Numbered from the stretch's first letter, positions 28,113 through 38,084 are shown. The stretch is DNA of 64,000 nucleotides from an uncultured virus (IMG/VR IMGVR_UViG_3300031857_021139) (IMGVR_UViG_3300031857_021139), one strand, 5' to 3'. The notes: a model not told the origin generated them from the letters alone. Numbers and translations: made by a program.

Positions 28113-28577
28113 TCATTTTCCTGCGGCAGCGATGGCTGCCCCGTTGTTGAAACTGGGGCTCCAGGAATTTGGGGTGCGTCTTTTACGTTTATACCATTCA
28201 TAACCGGCTCTGTGACCACTACAGTCTACTGTACACGGACTGCCCTTGAAAGTCAACTCGTCTAATTGTTCTTCGTTTGTTTTGGTAGCCACACGCACTG
28301 GCTTTCTACCGCCACCACCTACGTCTTTGCCTGGTTTGCCAGCCCTGCCCTGCGCTTGTCGTTTGCGACGCACGGCCGACGCCTTTTGTTTGTCGCTCAT
28401 GGCCGCAGCCTTGGCAGCGGGCACGCATTTGGCATAGCCCTTTTTCTTGCCAGATGTCCCACATTCAGGATGGCCGCCACCTTTTTTCTTTTTGCCGATG
28501 TTGACCCACCGCTGTTTGAACCATTTACGCAGTCCACCTTGGTAAGCACCTTCGATGATGAATTCTTGTGCTCTCAT
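28113..28577 (-). CDS. Basic putative internal head protein (MRAQEFIIE start)
   Basis: True start is ATG 28577 (ATGA overlap). Contains GLRKWFKQRW and a second module after LDE (CTVDCSGHRAGYEW). Confidence 0.7.
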   Translation of the reverse strand: MRAQEFIIEGAYQGGLRKWFKQRWVNIGKKKKGGGHPECGTSGKKKGYAKCVPAAKAAAMSDKQKASAVRRKRQAQGRAGKPGKDVGGGGRKPVRVATKTNEEQLDELTFKGSPCTVDCSGHRAGYEWYKRKRRTPNSWSPSFNNGAAIAAAGK

Positions 28578-28981
28578 TTTACGATGGGTCCACCCTCGAC
28601 CCAGGCATCGCAGGTGCGCTTGGCCGCGCACTTGAATTTCAAGAACTTGCAATATCCAAGATCGCCGGCATCTATGGTGCTCATGGGGTCCGACCCAGGC
28701 TCGGTTCCGATACCCTTGGCTATGCAATCGAGCATATCGGGACTTTTGTCGAAAGCGGCGCAATTGCCACAAAGAGCTGTCCGAGCCTGGCCGGGATCGT
28801 CCATGTTCCATTCTTCGGCCTTGGCCTGCCAAAATTCGTCATTGGGTTGTCCTGGATCCAAGGGTCCATAGCCGTATTCATCTATGGCCTTTTGCCGATT
28901 TTTAAGATTCACATCGATGCTCCGAGTTGCCTCAGGACAACCTTGGCTCACTGCTTCCATGAGATTGATGAGATCTCTCAT
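28574..28981 (-). CDS. Cys-rich hypothetical protein
   Basis: MRDLINLMEA start; CGNCAAF, GYC, FKC and RTCDAW suggest metal binding. Confidence 0.7.
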   Translation of the reverse strand: MRDLINLMEAVSQGCPEATRSIDVNLKNRQKAIDEYGYGPLDPGQPNDEFWQAKAEEWNMDDPGQARTALCGNCAAFDKSPDMLDCIAKGIGTEPGSDPMSTIDAGDLGYCKFLKFKCAAKRTCDAWVEGGPIVK

Positions 28982-29082
28982 GCCAGTCCCAGTTGTTGTC
29001 TTACCATGCGCACGGCAGCAGCCAGGCTGGGTGCTGTCACTCTGTGCCAGGCCCCTTGTAATTTGATTTCAAAATTTTTCAT
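28978..29082 (-). CDS. 34-aa peptide MKNFEIKLQGAWHRVTAPSLAAAVRMVRQQLGLA
   Basis: Fills the gap exactly, with ATGA overlaps at both ends. Confidence 0.55.
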   Translation of the reverse strand: MKNFEIKLQGAWHRVTAPSLAAAVRMVRQQLGLA

Positions 29083-31172
29083 TCTTCAGCTCCTTTTTTA
29101 GGTCCTTTGCCCATGCGCCATCCACCGCCCTTGGATTTGTACCATTTGGCTGCCCATGCGTTGGCGTAGGCCGATGGATACACATCAAACTTGGATCTGG
29201 CTGCAGACTTTGCCCTGCTCCAGAGACCTGGATTGGTTGGTGTGGGTCTTTTTTTCTTTTCATTGATCTGTTGCTCTTTTACACCTTGCTTGACCAATTG
29301 CTGTGCTATTTTTTGATAGTTGGGATCACGTGGGCTGATAACCTGCCCTCCCACTGTGATTGGTTGCCCCATGCGCCAGGTTCCTGTCTGTGTCGGCACC
29401 GTGGTCGGCGTTTGGGCAGTAACAGGCGCCTTGGTCGCTGCCGCTGGGGCAGCAGATCCGGTTGTGGCAGCGGGCATAGGAGTACCAGTGAGCTGTCCCA
29501 CCATGCTGCCAAATGCGCCAGCACCCCCAGGTGGTGTAGATGATTTTGGAGCAATTGTGCCGGCTGCTGTTCTCGCCGATGCTACATCTTGTTTGAACAT
29601 TCCAGCTCGCTGTCGCAACATCGTGGATTGTCGTTGTAGTTCTCTGGCCTTGTCGATGTCCCCGGAAATGTTTGCTTGCTTGATTTGCTTTTGTATATCT
29701 GCGATTTGATTTTGTATCTTGAGTTTTTCTGACTGGGCCAGGTTTTGCAGGGCCTGTTGTTGCTGGCGATAAGCGCCTTGATTGCCCATGGCTTTGGCTG
29801 ATGTGGCCACATTAGATCTAATATTCATCGCTTTTTCTGCGGATGTTAGATCTCTAAAAGGATTGGTCGTTGGCTGAAATCCAATAGCCCGACCAACGCG
29901 ATCCATGATACCCTCGGTGGTTGATTCAGCCGCTTGTTGTACTAAAGAAAAACGCTGTCGGCGTTGTGCCGGATCAAGGGCCGGCTCATTGGCCGCTAAC
30001 TCATCTGCTGTCGATGCCGGAGAAATCGACACAGGTTCTGATTTCACAGGAGCAGCTGCCGCAGGAGCAGTGGGGGTTTGAGATTTGATCGTAGGTAGCA
30101 CGACACGGGGCGTAGCAACTGGTTTGATCGCGGGGGCTTTGTCCGGCTCGCTCTTGGGTATTGATACCTTTATAGATTTAGAGATATCAGATAGATTGGC
30201 CACTGCTTTTTCAAGACTGTTGATTTCTTTTTGTTGTTCATCGTTGACTCGTGATAGTTGGTCTAACACCGCGTCTGTCTTGGTATCTTTTTCAACAGCT
30301 TGTTGTATACCACCACGGCGTTTTGTCAAGGTGGCGATGCGTTTTTGCAGATCTGACTTGATATCTGTTTCGAGATTGTCAACTTCTTTTTCTAATTTAT
30401 TGATTTCTTGGCTGTCACGACGCTCGGCGTCTTCGAGTTCGTAGGCCAGAGCTTCCACATCAGACGTGGCTTGAGGTTGCCTTGCCCGCATCTTGGACAT
30501 CATCCTTTCGGTACGTCCTTGAGCCCCGGCAGGTGCTTCTGCTACTTCAGATCTTTTTTTTTGAGGAAGGGTGGTTTCGTCCTGTCGTCGAGGACTTTTT
30601 GCGCCACCGGATTGCGTGGGAGAGAAGAGATCACCGGCAGCAGGTTCGACATCTTGCTGTGCCTGCTGGGCACGGGCTTTGATAGCATCTTCCTTTTCCC
30701 AGGCGCTGAGTAGGAAATCAAATCCTTCAGCTGTGCCCATGAAACGATAGAGATCTTGTGCCTTGCCAGCGTCAGTCCACTCCTTGGCATGACCTATGAC
30801 CCACTCCTTGTCACCGGGTAACTTGACCTGGTATTTGACTCTACCGGTCTGATTTTTGATGTACACAGAGATGTCGTTTTTGGCATTGGTTTCAAGGTTG
30901 CGCAGATTCTCCATGCCGCGTATGACATTGGGATCGGATTGCCCTTGCTCATCCAATTTGATGGTCTGCACAGATTGTCCAGTACCTTTGGCATACTCCG
31001 CGGCAGGCCCCAGGCTCATGAATTCTTTGTCGCCTACCTTATAACGATATGCGCTCTGTGGTCGTTCTTTGTCAATGTCACGCAGGGTGAGATCGGGACG
31101 GCCTGCTTGCCTGCGCAGGTATGTAGGCATGTCGCTGGGCTTGAGGGCTTCAAATATATCGTCTAATATCAT
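29079..31172 (-). CDS. Modular coiled-coil protein, putative internal head polyprotein
   Basis: MILDDIFE start; linkers KLDE, EVAE, TTE, QGVKE and QINE; basic C-terminal module KFDVYPSAYAN...YKSKGGGW. Confidence 0.7.
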   Translation of the reverse strand: MILDDIFEALKPSDMPTYLRRQAGRPDLTLRDIDKERPQSAYRYKVGDKEFMSLGPAAEYAKGTGQSVQTIKLDEQGQSDPNVIRGMENLRNLETNAKNDISVYIKNQTGRVKYQVKLPGDKEWVIGHAKEWTDAGKAQDLYRFMGTAEGFDFLLSAWEKEDAIKARAQQAQQDVEPAAGDLFSPTQSGGAKSPRRQDETTLPQKKRSEVAEAPAGAQGRTERMMSKMRARQPQATSDVEALAYELEDAERRDSQEINKLEKEVDNLETDIKSDLQKRIATLTKRRGGIQQAVEKDTKTDAVLDQLSRVNDEQQKEINSLEKAVANLSDISKSIKVSIPKSEPDKAPAIKPVATPRVVLPTIKSQTPTAPAAAAPVKSEPVSISPASTADELAANEPALDPAQRRQRFSLVQQAAESTTEGIMDRVGRAIGFQPTTNPFRDLTSAEKAMNIRSNVATSAKAMGNQGAYRQQQQALQNLAQSEKLKIQNQIADIQKQIKQANISGDIDKARELQRQSTMLRQRAGMFKQDVASARTAAGTIAPKSSTPPGGAGAFGSMVGQLTGTPMPAATTGSAAPAAATKAPVTAQTPTTVPTQTGTWRMGQPITVGGQVISPRDPNYQKIAQQLVKQGVKEQQINEKKKRPTPTNPGLWSRAKSAARSKFDVYPSAYANAWAAKWYKSKGGGWRMGKGPKKGAEE

Positions 31173-32089
31173 GTTCTTTTTTCTTCTATGTAATCAGCTG
31201 TTTCCAAGGCTTGTCGGCGGCGAGTCTTGTACATCTCACAGGCCATGACAGCCTCATCCAAGGACTTGAATGCTGTGGGCAGGTCTTTGTTGCGGATGCT
31301 GATACGGAAACCATCATCTTCGTTGCCACGTATCTTGATTTCTTTGCCATCATCTGTGGTCAAAGTTTTCACGGCCGAGATCTGATCTATGTCTTGCGAT
31401 AACTTGTCTTTGAGATCAGGGTCTGTTTTGATGGCAGTGGCCACGTCCTGGAGGTAGTTGTCCAGTTTTTTCTTCATTGTGCTGATAACATCTTCTGTGG
31501 CTGATTCTTTGGCCTCGGACATGTCTTCGCGGCCCACCATGCGGTCATCCAGGGCCGATTTGACATAGTTCACATAGGCCGACACATCGCTTGACCCAAT
31601 TTCTTCCCAGTCCATGTTGTCTTCTGTGACATCGTCAATGGCCTGGAGCACAGCTTCTACGCCATAGCGTGTAAGCCACTCGGGATGGGCATGTGCTATC
31701 CGGCGTGTGACGGCCCGGGCCATGGGATTGCGATCTTCGCCTTCTTTGATTATGCCTTGTTGCATGGCTGCTTGGTTCAAGGCAGATAATCTTTCTTTGG
31801 CTTCGGCCTTGGTCTCGCTGTCGGTACCAGGTTGTGTCATAAGGCGATACAGCAAATCTCTCTTGTCGAGATAATCATCTTTATCGCGTAATTTATTATA
31901 CCCACCACGATTGACTTGAGGAGCATCATCACCTTCGCCTACGAGATAGCCTCGAGTGGCATTCTGCCCCGGATACGGACCGGCGAGTTGTGGTGATGTC
32001 TGTGGTGGTTTGAACAGCGCAGGCAATTGTTTTGCTCGGCGCTGTGCGGCATCAAGATTCTCGAGAATCTGATAGATATCGTGGCTCAT
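31169..32089 (-). CDS. Modular hypothetical protein
   Basis: Intact coupled ORF with Glu-ending linkers (ILE, LVGE, IIKE, MSE). Confidence 0.65.
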   Translation of the reverse strand: MSHDIYQILENLDAAQRRAKQLPALFKPPQTSPQLAGPYPGQNATRGYLVGEGDDAPQVNRGGYNKLRDKDDYLDKRDLLYRLMTQPGTDSETKAEAKERLSALNQAAMQQGIIKEGEDRNPMARAVTRRIAHAHPEWLTRYGVEAVLQAIDDVTEDNMDWEEIGSSDVSAYVNYVKSALDDRMVGREDMSEAKESATEDVISTMKKKLDNYLQDVATAIKTDPDLKDKLSQDIDQISAVKTLTTDDGKEIKIRGNEDDGFRISIRNKDLPTAFKSLDEAVMACEMYKTRRRQALETADYIEEKRT

Positions 32090-32526
32090 TCACGAGCCTC
32101 TTTGAGATATGACTTGATCTGCCAGGCATACTTGCCATGCGCTTCTTGGCGCTCGGCAGCAAAGTTGGAAATATCTTCACGACCTTCTTGCGAAGCAGAT
32201 TGGAACAGGGTCTTGCTTAGATCGATCATGGTCTGCGTGTCGGCCAGCAACTCAGTAAGCATGAGTCGGGCACGCGGTACTTTGATCTGTCCTGTGATCT
32301 GGCTGAGTTCTTGAAAACGCTCAAGGCTGCCAGGAGCATATTCGTCAGTGGTGCGGATGAATTCCGCGGTCTTGTCGATGCTTTCTTGGGTATCAGTGTA
32401 GATGCCAGCAAAGAAATCATGCAGTTCACCAAAGTTAGATCCTTCCACGTTCCAGTGGAAGCCCCAGGCCTTGGTAAAATACGCATAACTGCTGCCTAAA
32501 AATGTTTTTAAATCATCAACCAACAT
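32086..32526 (-). CDS. dps: Dps/ferritin-like protein
   Basis: FHWNVEGSNFGELHDFF, DKTAE and HGKYAW ferroxidase-like motifs. Confidence 0.85.
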   Translation of the reverse strand: MLVDDLKTFLGSSYAYFTKAWGFHWNVEGSNFGELHDFFAGIYTDTQESIDKTAEFIRTTDEYAPGSLERFQELSQITGQIKVPRARLMLTELLADTQTMIDLSKTLFQSASQEGREDISNFAAERQEAHGKYAWQIKSYLKEARE

Positions 32527-32692
32527 GGCGTTTCCGTTTCTTTGCAGGATTAAAACTGTTCATATATTTAGCAGGTTTGCCAAAACCCGTGCGCGAGATC
32601 AATGACCCTAAAGATTGAGATATAGGTGCCATAGAACCTGCACTGGTAGTGCTGGCAGCGGCATTTTCCGGAAGGAATTCTTTAGCTCTCAT
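32516..32692 (-). CDS. 58-aa peptide with an MRAKEFLPE start
   Basis: Manual translation MRAKEFLPENAAASTTSAGSMAPISQSLG...KKRKRHVG; below the ORF-track cutoff. Confidence 0.65.
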   Translation of the reverse strand: MRAKEFLPENAAASTTSAGSMAPISQSLGSLISRTGFGKPAKYMNSFNPAKKRKRHVG

Positions 32693-32975
32693 CTAATACC
32701 TCCAACAGGGCTTTCTTGGCCCAGCGTGCCGGCCCTACTTCTATTCGCCAGTTGCTGGGGCGAAATTCCGCAAGATTTGGTCCCACGGGCACTACTCGGA
32801 TCTTGTACTGGCCCGGTGCCGCATTGATCTGCAACATTTCTTCGAGATAATGATTGGTCCATATCCAGGTGCGCTCTGCGAACATCTCGTCGTTGACATA
32901 TATGCGATACACTGGAGGCAATCCTTCCCAATCGCAATCAAGATCGAATAACACTTTGACGAACGCAGTTTTCAC
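32682..32975 (-). CDS. Hypothetical protein
   Basis: PPVYRIYVNDEMFAERTW; GTG start 4 nt after TAAATA. Confidence 0.65.
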   Translation of the reverse strand: MKTAFVKVLFDLDCDWEGLPPVYRIYVNDEMFAERTWIWTNHYLEEMLQINAAPGQYKIRVVPVGPNLAEFRPSNWRIEVGPARWAKKALLEVLDES

Positions 32976-32993
32976 GGTGTATTTACCGTGGCT

Positions 32994-34970
32994 TTATTTG
33001 CTTTTTTTCTTGCCGGATTTCATGTTGGCACACCAGTGATACATTTTGGCCTTTTCGCCCGACGCATTTTTAGCACGGGCTCGTAGATCAGTTACACTTC
33101 CGTTGCAACTGGCACCTGCACGTTTCACACGACCTGGTCTGCTTTTTCCCTTGACTTTGCCATCAGCAAAGTTCTCGTCGGTCTTGCTTTTGTAGAATAT
33201 TTTTTCATGATGCGGGCCAGTGGTCTTCATGATTTCGTTGGCCAGCTTGGCCACAGTTATCACTGCACGGTTACTTCTAGGATTGGCCTTGACATCTGCC
33301 CAGTTCTTATAACCATTCTTCTGTGCGGCTTGATCCAAGGCTCGTAGCACTTCGGGTGGAGTTTCTTGCATTTCCTCCAGAGTCTTGGTCGGAGGTTTGA
33401 TACGGTCCGTGGGTAAAGCATGTGTGCGCCAGTATTCTTCGGCACCGGCTGGTGTGGGTGCCCGTTTTTCTTGCCTACGTTGCTTGGCCACTTGCTTGCC
33501 TTGCTTTAGCAGAGCCAACTGACGATCTATTTCTGCTCGCTGGGCTAACAGTTTTGGCAGTTCACTGGGTTGGTAAGGTATTCCATAGATCCGGCTGGCT
33601 TGCTTGATGGCCTGGTCGTAGTCCAGAGTTATGCCTTCACGTCCGGCATCTCTCATGGCCATGGCCGCTGCTTTGAACAATAGGCTGCGGCCAGTGATTT
33701 CGGGGCCTATCTTTACTTCCGTGACACCTGCTGACATATCTTTAGATAATTTTTGTTTAAGTGATTGAATCTTTTGCTGATACATTTTGCATTTTGCATC
33801 ATCACCGGCACGATTTGCAGCCAGGGCCAGTGCTTCCAATTTTGACATTTTCTTTTTGATATCATCGGTGCCTTCCGCCACACCTTGTTTTGATTCACTT
33901 GTATAAGTCGCCCCATAACCTACCCAGGCAGGTCCAGTATACCCCTGGGGATACGCTTTTAGATGTTGGATGGTCCTATGCCACCCTTCAATCAAATCAT
34001 AACCATTGCTCAATTTAGCAACAATGATAGGTTCTTGGCTTACCCCTTTTTGTTGGATCATTTTTTGTTGTAATGCGTGGCGTTCGGTATCTTTGGGCAC
34101 TTGATATGGATTACTCGAACCACCTTCACGCTCTTTGATCATTCGTTGAGTTTTGGGTGTAAAGATGTCAAGTGTGATGGGCAGTTTTTCCAATCGCCAT
34201 CTCACTCGACCAAAATCTCGCTGTATCTCATCTGAAAAATCTTCTAAATCTTTTTGATTTTGATTTCCTTTTGCCTTGGCATATAAAAAATCTCGTTGCA
34301 CATATTCAGGCCATTGTGTGCTTGGAAATTTAGACTGAATCCAAGCCCAAAGTTGATCACGATATTCATTCAAGGAGCCTTCCGAGACACCCTGTTCCCA
34401 CACATTGCTATCGGGTCGATGTTTGGCCCAAAAGCCAGCACCAGCATCGGTCTGCTGGCCACTCCTGCGTATCTTATAACCCAGGCTTTTCACATAGTCA
34501 TACATGGCAGCGGCGATGCCTTGGCCACGATAGCGTTCATCCACCTCAAGATCCTGTGGCATCAACTCACCGTCGTAGTCCACGAACAGCACGGATCCCA
34601 ACTGCTTGTCACCTGTTGACGCTCGCACCATGATTTCGTCATCGTCGCGTTCCATAGATATATCTATGCCACGAAATGCATCTTCCATCAAACCTGTGCT
34701 TCGACGCAGTTTCAAATCGTAATCACGGTCACTTTCATAGTTGGTATTGTATTTTTCATAATAGCGTCGTGCTTCGGCAGGTGTGCCAGCTTCAAATCTA
34801 TGGACTATGCGAGTGGGATCTTCAGCGTGGTATATTTCGTAGCCCTTGTTGAGTCTATCTCTGACCTGGGCCATTTTTTCCATTCTACGATCAACCTGTT
34901 GTCCAGCGCGGCTCAAATAATTTTGTAAACGTTCGTCGCTGACTTCGACGATAAATTCTCTGGCTCTCAT
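32994..34970 (-). CDS. Polyprotein: GNAT acetyltransferase, ParB-like domain and basic C-terminal module
   Basis: MRAREFIVE start; GNAT motif EVDERYRGQGIAAAMY; ParB-like PIIV..YDLIEGWHR; linkers GLME, QGVSE, QGVAE and AGVTE. Confidence 0.75.
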   Translation of the reverse strand: MRAREFIVEVSDERLQNYLSRAGQQVDRRMEKMAQVRDRLNKGYEIYHAEDPTRIVHRFEAGTPAEARRYYEKYNTNYESDRDYDLKLRRSTGLMEDAFRGIDISMERDDDEIMVRASTGDKQLGSVLFVDYDGELMPQDLEVDERYRGQGIAAAMYDYVKSLGYKIRRSGQQTDAGAGFWAKHRPDSNVWEQGVSEGSLNEYRDQLWAWIQSKFPSTQWPEYVQRDFLYAKAKGNQNQKDLEDFSDEIQRDFGRVRWRLEKLPITLDIFTPKTQRMIKEREGGSSNPYQVPKDTERHALQQKMIQQKGVSQEPIIVAKLSNGYDLIEGWHRTIQHLKAYPQGYTGPAWVGYGATYTSESKQGVAEGTDDIKKKMSKLEALALAANRAGDDAKCKMYQQKIQSLKQKLSKDMSAGVTEVKIGPEITGRSLLFKAAAMAMRDAGREGITLDYDQAIKQASRIYGIPYQPSELPKLLAQRAEIDRQLALLKQGKQVAKQRRQEKRAPTPAGAEEYWRTHALPTDRIKPPTKTLEEMQETPPEVLRALDQAAQKNGYKNWADVKANPRSNRAVITVAKLANEIMKTTGPHHEKIFYKSKTDENFADGKVKGKSRPGRVKRAGASCNGSVTDLRARAKNASGEKAKMYHWCANMKSGKKKSK

Positions 34971-35755
34971 CGCAGTTCTATCGGTCGTGTGACTACAATG
35001 TTTTTTCCATATTGCTGTGCCACCATGCGTTTGGCTTGTTCAGGATTGCGTGCCACCACAGTGGTATCCATGCGCTGTGAAGCGGCCCCTTGCGATATTT
35101 TTAGGGTGACTTTGTAGGTTTTGAGTCGGGCCGCGTGGCTCTGAAAATCCTGCGATTCTGTCATGTTCACACCGTAAATCTTGGCCAGCTGTGCTATGGC
35201 ATCATCCACGTTGCTGTCTCGATATAGTATGCCTATGCCACCAGCATCCTGCCAGGCACCTACGTATTTTTTGAAATCATCAACCAAGACATTGGGTCGA
35301 CCACCTGTGGTAGCCATGCGTGCTTTGTCTCCGGTGAATATGGCTGATCCCGATGTGCCGGGATTGTGAGAATCTAACCAGATTTTTTTACCAGCGATGC
35401 TGGGTGCATTCATGCCGCGCAAGGGTGCGCTGAGCACAGTGAAAGGTATGCGATTTTGTCTCAACCAGCGTATGAGTTTCTGGCCGCCGGGCAAGGTAGG
35501 CAAAGTAGCAAAGAATCGTTCAATGAATTCCGGACCTTCGGCTGACAGTTCTGAAATGCTCTGTTCACGCTGTTCTTTTGACCCGATATCTTTGTAACGC
35601 TCTACATGGCTCATACCAAATTTTTTGTTGTGCCAACGGGCCCATTGTGTAAAAAAATCAGCTTGCACACCGTCCATGTCGAGATAGAGATGCGGTTTTT
35701 CTATCTCATCCTTGGTGACTTCGCTGACATTGGTAAACAGTTCGTTGAGGAGCAT
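34967..35755 (-). CDS. HAD-family 5'(3')-nucleotidase-like protein with an extra C-terminal module
   Basis: LYLDMDGVQADF, LSAP, K and LVDD HAD motifs; MLLNELF start 4 nt after TAAATA. Confidence 0.8.
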   Translation of the reverse strand: MLLNELFTNVSEVTKDEIEKPHLYLDMDGVQADFFTQWARWHNKKFGMSHVERYKDIGSKEQREQSISELSAEGPEFIERFFATLPTLPGGQKLIRWLRQNRIPFTVLSAPLRGMNAPSIAGKKIWLDSHNPGTSGSAIFTGDKARMATTGGRPNVLVDDFKKYVGAWQDAGGIGILYRDSNVDDAIAQLAKIYGVNMTESQDFQSHAARLKTYKVTLKISQGAASQRMDTTVVARNPEQAKRMVAQQYGKNIVVTRPIELR

Positions 35756-35762
35756 AGAGTAT

Positions 35763-36077
35763 TTAATGTGATTTGCTGAATTGAGCAGGATCAATCATGC
35801 GGTGATTCTTCCCCACACCAATGATACAGCCCGTGATCTGCCCATACTGCACCAAGGTCCATGTACCTGTACCGGCATTGATAAAAAGGCTGAACTGCGT
35901 GCGATCAGCACTGCTTTGGCCAATCCAGATGGGTGCTTCTTCATACTGCTCCAGTGTCAGGGTCTGCACTATTTCCCGGAACGGGCCGCAGGTCACTGGT
36001 TTCTGACTTTCGAACCACTCGTTCGCTTGTGCAGGCAGACTCAGGCCTAATAAGACCAGGAGCATGAGTTTTCTCAT
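35763..36077 (-). CDS. Secreted hypothetical protein
   Basis: Signal peptide MRKLMLLVLLGLSLPAQA and two Cys residues. Confidence 0.65.
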   Translation of the reverse strand: MRKLMLLVLLGLSLPAQANEWFESQKPVTCGPFREIVQTLTLEQYEEAPIWIGQSSADRTQFSLFINAGTGTWTLVQYGQITGCIIGVGKNHRMIDPAQFSKSH

Positions 36078-36131
36078 AGGAATCCTTTATATTAGTATTT
36101 AATGATCGACGTGGGCTGTGTTTGAACCAGC

Positions 36132-36746
36132 TCATTTTTTCGTCCTGCTCAGCATGGTAGATGCTATGTTCATCATAGCACGAATTTGATCTATGTCCGC
36201 AGGCTGCTCTTTCCAGCCCACTGTCAACTGACCAATGAATCTTGTGTTGTCTGGAGGAACGCTGATCCTGCAGCCGTATCTCATGCCTTGGTCGATGTAC
36301 CACAGCCCAATCTCGCTCTGGGCCGTGAGATATTCTCCGCAGGGCGTTTCACCGGCCATGAGGGCCACCACATCACGATTGTTGGCAGCGTTGGCGGAAA
36401 ACAAGCCCACATCCATGCCTTCCTTGGTTTTGTCTCGACCTTCGCGAGTGTAAGCACGATACAATACCCTTGTGCCCAGTATGGGGTTGACCTTGAATAC
36501 AGCCACCACTTCGGCCTGGGTGTATTTGAACAAGTGTTTGACAGCATCATCCAAGCGGTCATCCGCTATCTCTGGCAGTCGCTGGTGCTCTTTGTAGGCA
36601 CCCAGCAAGATCTCTTGGTTCTTGTAAAGCATGACACCGGTAAATCCCACCACGGCCATGATAATGATGGCAATGAGTTTGAACGGCGAGTCCACATAGG
36701 CCAGGATCTTGGCCAACCAGTCTGTGGATTCACGCCGTTGGCTCAT
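36132..36746 (-). CDS. Single-TM protein with a periplasmic GAF-like domain, possibly T4 holin T-like
   Basis: One N-terminal TM followed by about 150 aa with PC...GCRISVPP...FIGQLTVGW; architecture resembles T4 gp t. Confidence 0.45.
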   Translation of the reverse strand: MSQRRESTDWLAKILAYVDSPFKLIAIIIMAVVGFTGVMLYKNQEILLGAYKEHQRLPEIADDRLDDAVKHLFKYTQAEVVAVFKVNPILGTRVLYRAYTREGRDKTKEGMDVGLFSANAANNRDVVALMAGETPCGEYLTAQSEIGLWYIDQGMRYGCRISVPPDNTRFIGQLTVGWKEQPADIDQIRAMMNIASTMLSRTKK

Positions 36747-37276
36747 TAGAACACCGGTGGAGGCGGTAGGTTAGGAGGTCCTGGTGGTGCCGAACTCACA
36801 GGAGCTGCACCCGGAGGTGGTGGTGGCATGCTGGGCATGCCCATGGGTGCAGCCGGTGGCATAGCGGGTCTTGGTGGCATACCCGATGTGCCAAACCCAC
36901 CCATGGCGGGTGTCGTGGGCATGGAACTCACTGGTCGTGCCTGAGGCACAGCACCCGCGGCAGCGTCCAGGGCCTTGGCTTTCAAATCCTTGTCATTGCC
37001 GGCCAACATGATACCACTCAAGGTACCTGTGAGGAACGTGGCTATGGGTATGATCAGTTCAAAGAACTTCTGATCAATGGGACTGATAGCATTCAGCGGT
37101 TGGGTGACAAAAATAATGCTGTATAGAACTACGAACACGATGCCTACCAGCGTGAGAGCCAGGCAGATGCCTATGAAAAACTTGAGCCGGGCCATGAGCT
37201 GCTCTTCGGTATACATAAAAGTTTCTGGTGGTGTGTTATCAGACGCACGGTCTAAGATTTTGTCTAATATTTTCAT
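36746..37276 (-). CDS. Two-TM membrane protein with a Pro-rich tail
   Basis: Two hydrophobic helices and a C-terminal Pro/Met-rich low-complexity region. Confidence 0.7.
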   Translation of the reverse strand: MKILDKILDRASDNTPPETFMYTEEQLMARLKFFIGICLALTLVGIVFVVLYSIIFVTQPLNAISPIDQKFFELIIPIATFLTGTLSGIMLAGNDKDLKAKALDAAAGAVPQARPVSSMPTTPAMGGFGTSGMPPRPAMPPAAPMGMPSMPPPPPGAAPVSSAPPGPPNLPPPPVF

Positions 37277-37548
37277 TTACATTCTGCTCCTTGACGAGGT
37301 TGTGCGGCAACGGGGGTGCCTGTGGGTTGTTGATCCGTGGGCATGCCTTGGCGAGGATCTCTCTGTCCTTTGAATATGTGCTCAGGGCAAGTGCGGGTAA
37401 CATCACACTGGGGTTTTTTACAGAAATCCTTGTCCCAATTGGCGGGATCCTGGCATGGGTATCGGAAGTTATCGCCACCGAATATTGCCAGTGTTAAGGG
37501 TGCCAGGATCAACAAAATCACCCATTTGAAAAGCTTTTTATCGTTCAC
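37273..37548 (-). CDS. Small membrane-anchored Cys-rich protein
   Basis: N-terminal TM; RYPCQDPANW..C..P.C....C. Confidence 0.65.
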   Translation of the reverse strand: MNDKKLFKWVILLILAPLTLAIFGGDNFRYPCQDPANWDKDFCKKPQCDVTRTCPEHIFKGQRDPRQGMPTDQQPTGTPVAAQPRQGAECK

Positions 37549-37592
37549 TGGTGTCTGCTCCTATTATCTTGGAGTATTTACCAGTGGATGGT

Positions 37593-38072
37593 TTACTTGC
37601 CCGCCAGTGGGTTGTCCAGTGCTTTTTGTATTTTAGCGTCGATTTCTTTGCGGAGCTCACGCAGATCACGCTCTTGCTCACGCTGGCTCTGCTTGCTACT
37701 ACGCTCTACATCGTCCACGATCTTTTCCAATTTGCGGATATCTGCACGGAGATCGTTCTTGATATCTCTGGTGTAGTCCGATGACTTCTGGCTGTTTTCT
37801 TCCACGATGGCCAGTTTCTTTTCGATTTCCGTGAGATCCGGGGTCACATACTTCTCGATCTTGGTCTTCATGTCCTGGTAACTCTTGTACACTTCAAAAG
37901 TACCGTAGAGTCCGCCCAGGATTGAACTCACTATGGTGGCTGCTACCATAAGTTTAGCCGGAGTGAACTCGTAGCCTCCAATGGAGATCACTGTGTCCTT
38001 GCTGGCGTACTTCTTCACGGCCGCTTCTGCGGCATCAATCTTTTTGTTTACATCCTTGATTTCTTCTGACAT
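37593..38072 (-). CDS. Membrane-anchored coiled-coil protein
   Basis: One TM followed by a long heptad region ending ALDNPL. Confidence 0.7.
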   Translation of the reverse strand: MSEEIKDVNKKIDAAEAAVKKYASKDTVISIGGYEFTPAKLMVAATIVSSILGGLYGTFEVYKSYQDMKTKIEKYVTPDLTEIEKKLAIVEENSQKSSDYTRDIKNDLRADIRKLEKIVDDVERSSKQSQREQERDLRELRKEIDAKIQKALDNPLAGK

Positions 38073-38084
38073 TTTACGACTCCT

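Noticed and set aside
28040..28116. Tiny ORF (GTG-QYPVYPEDDGADRPRYPFSPV, or an alternative 28-aa frame) in the gap
   Set aside because: Two competing frames and no clear SD, so the sequence alone cannot decide.
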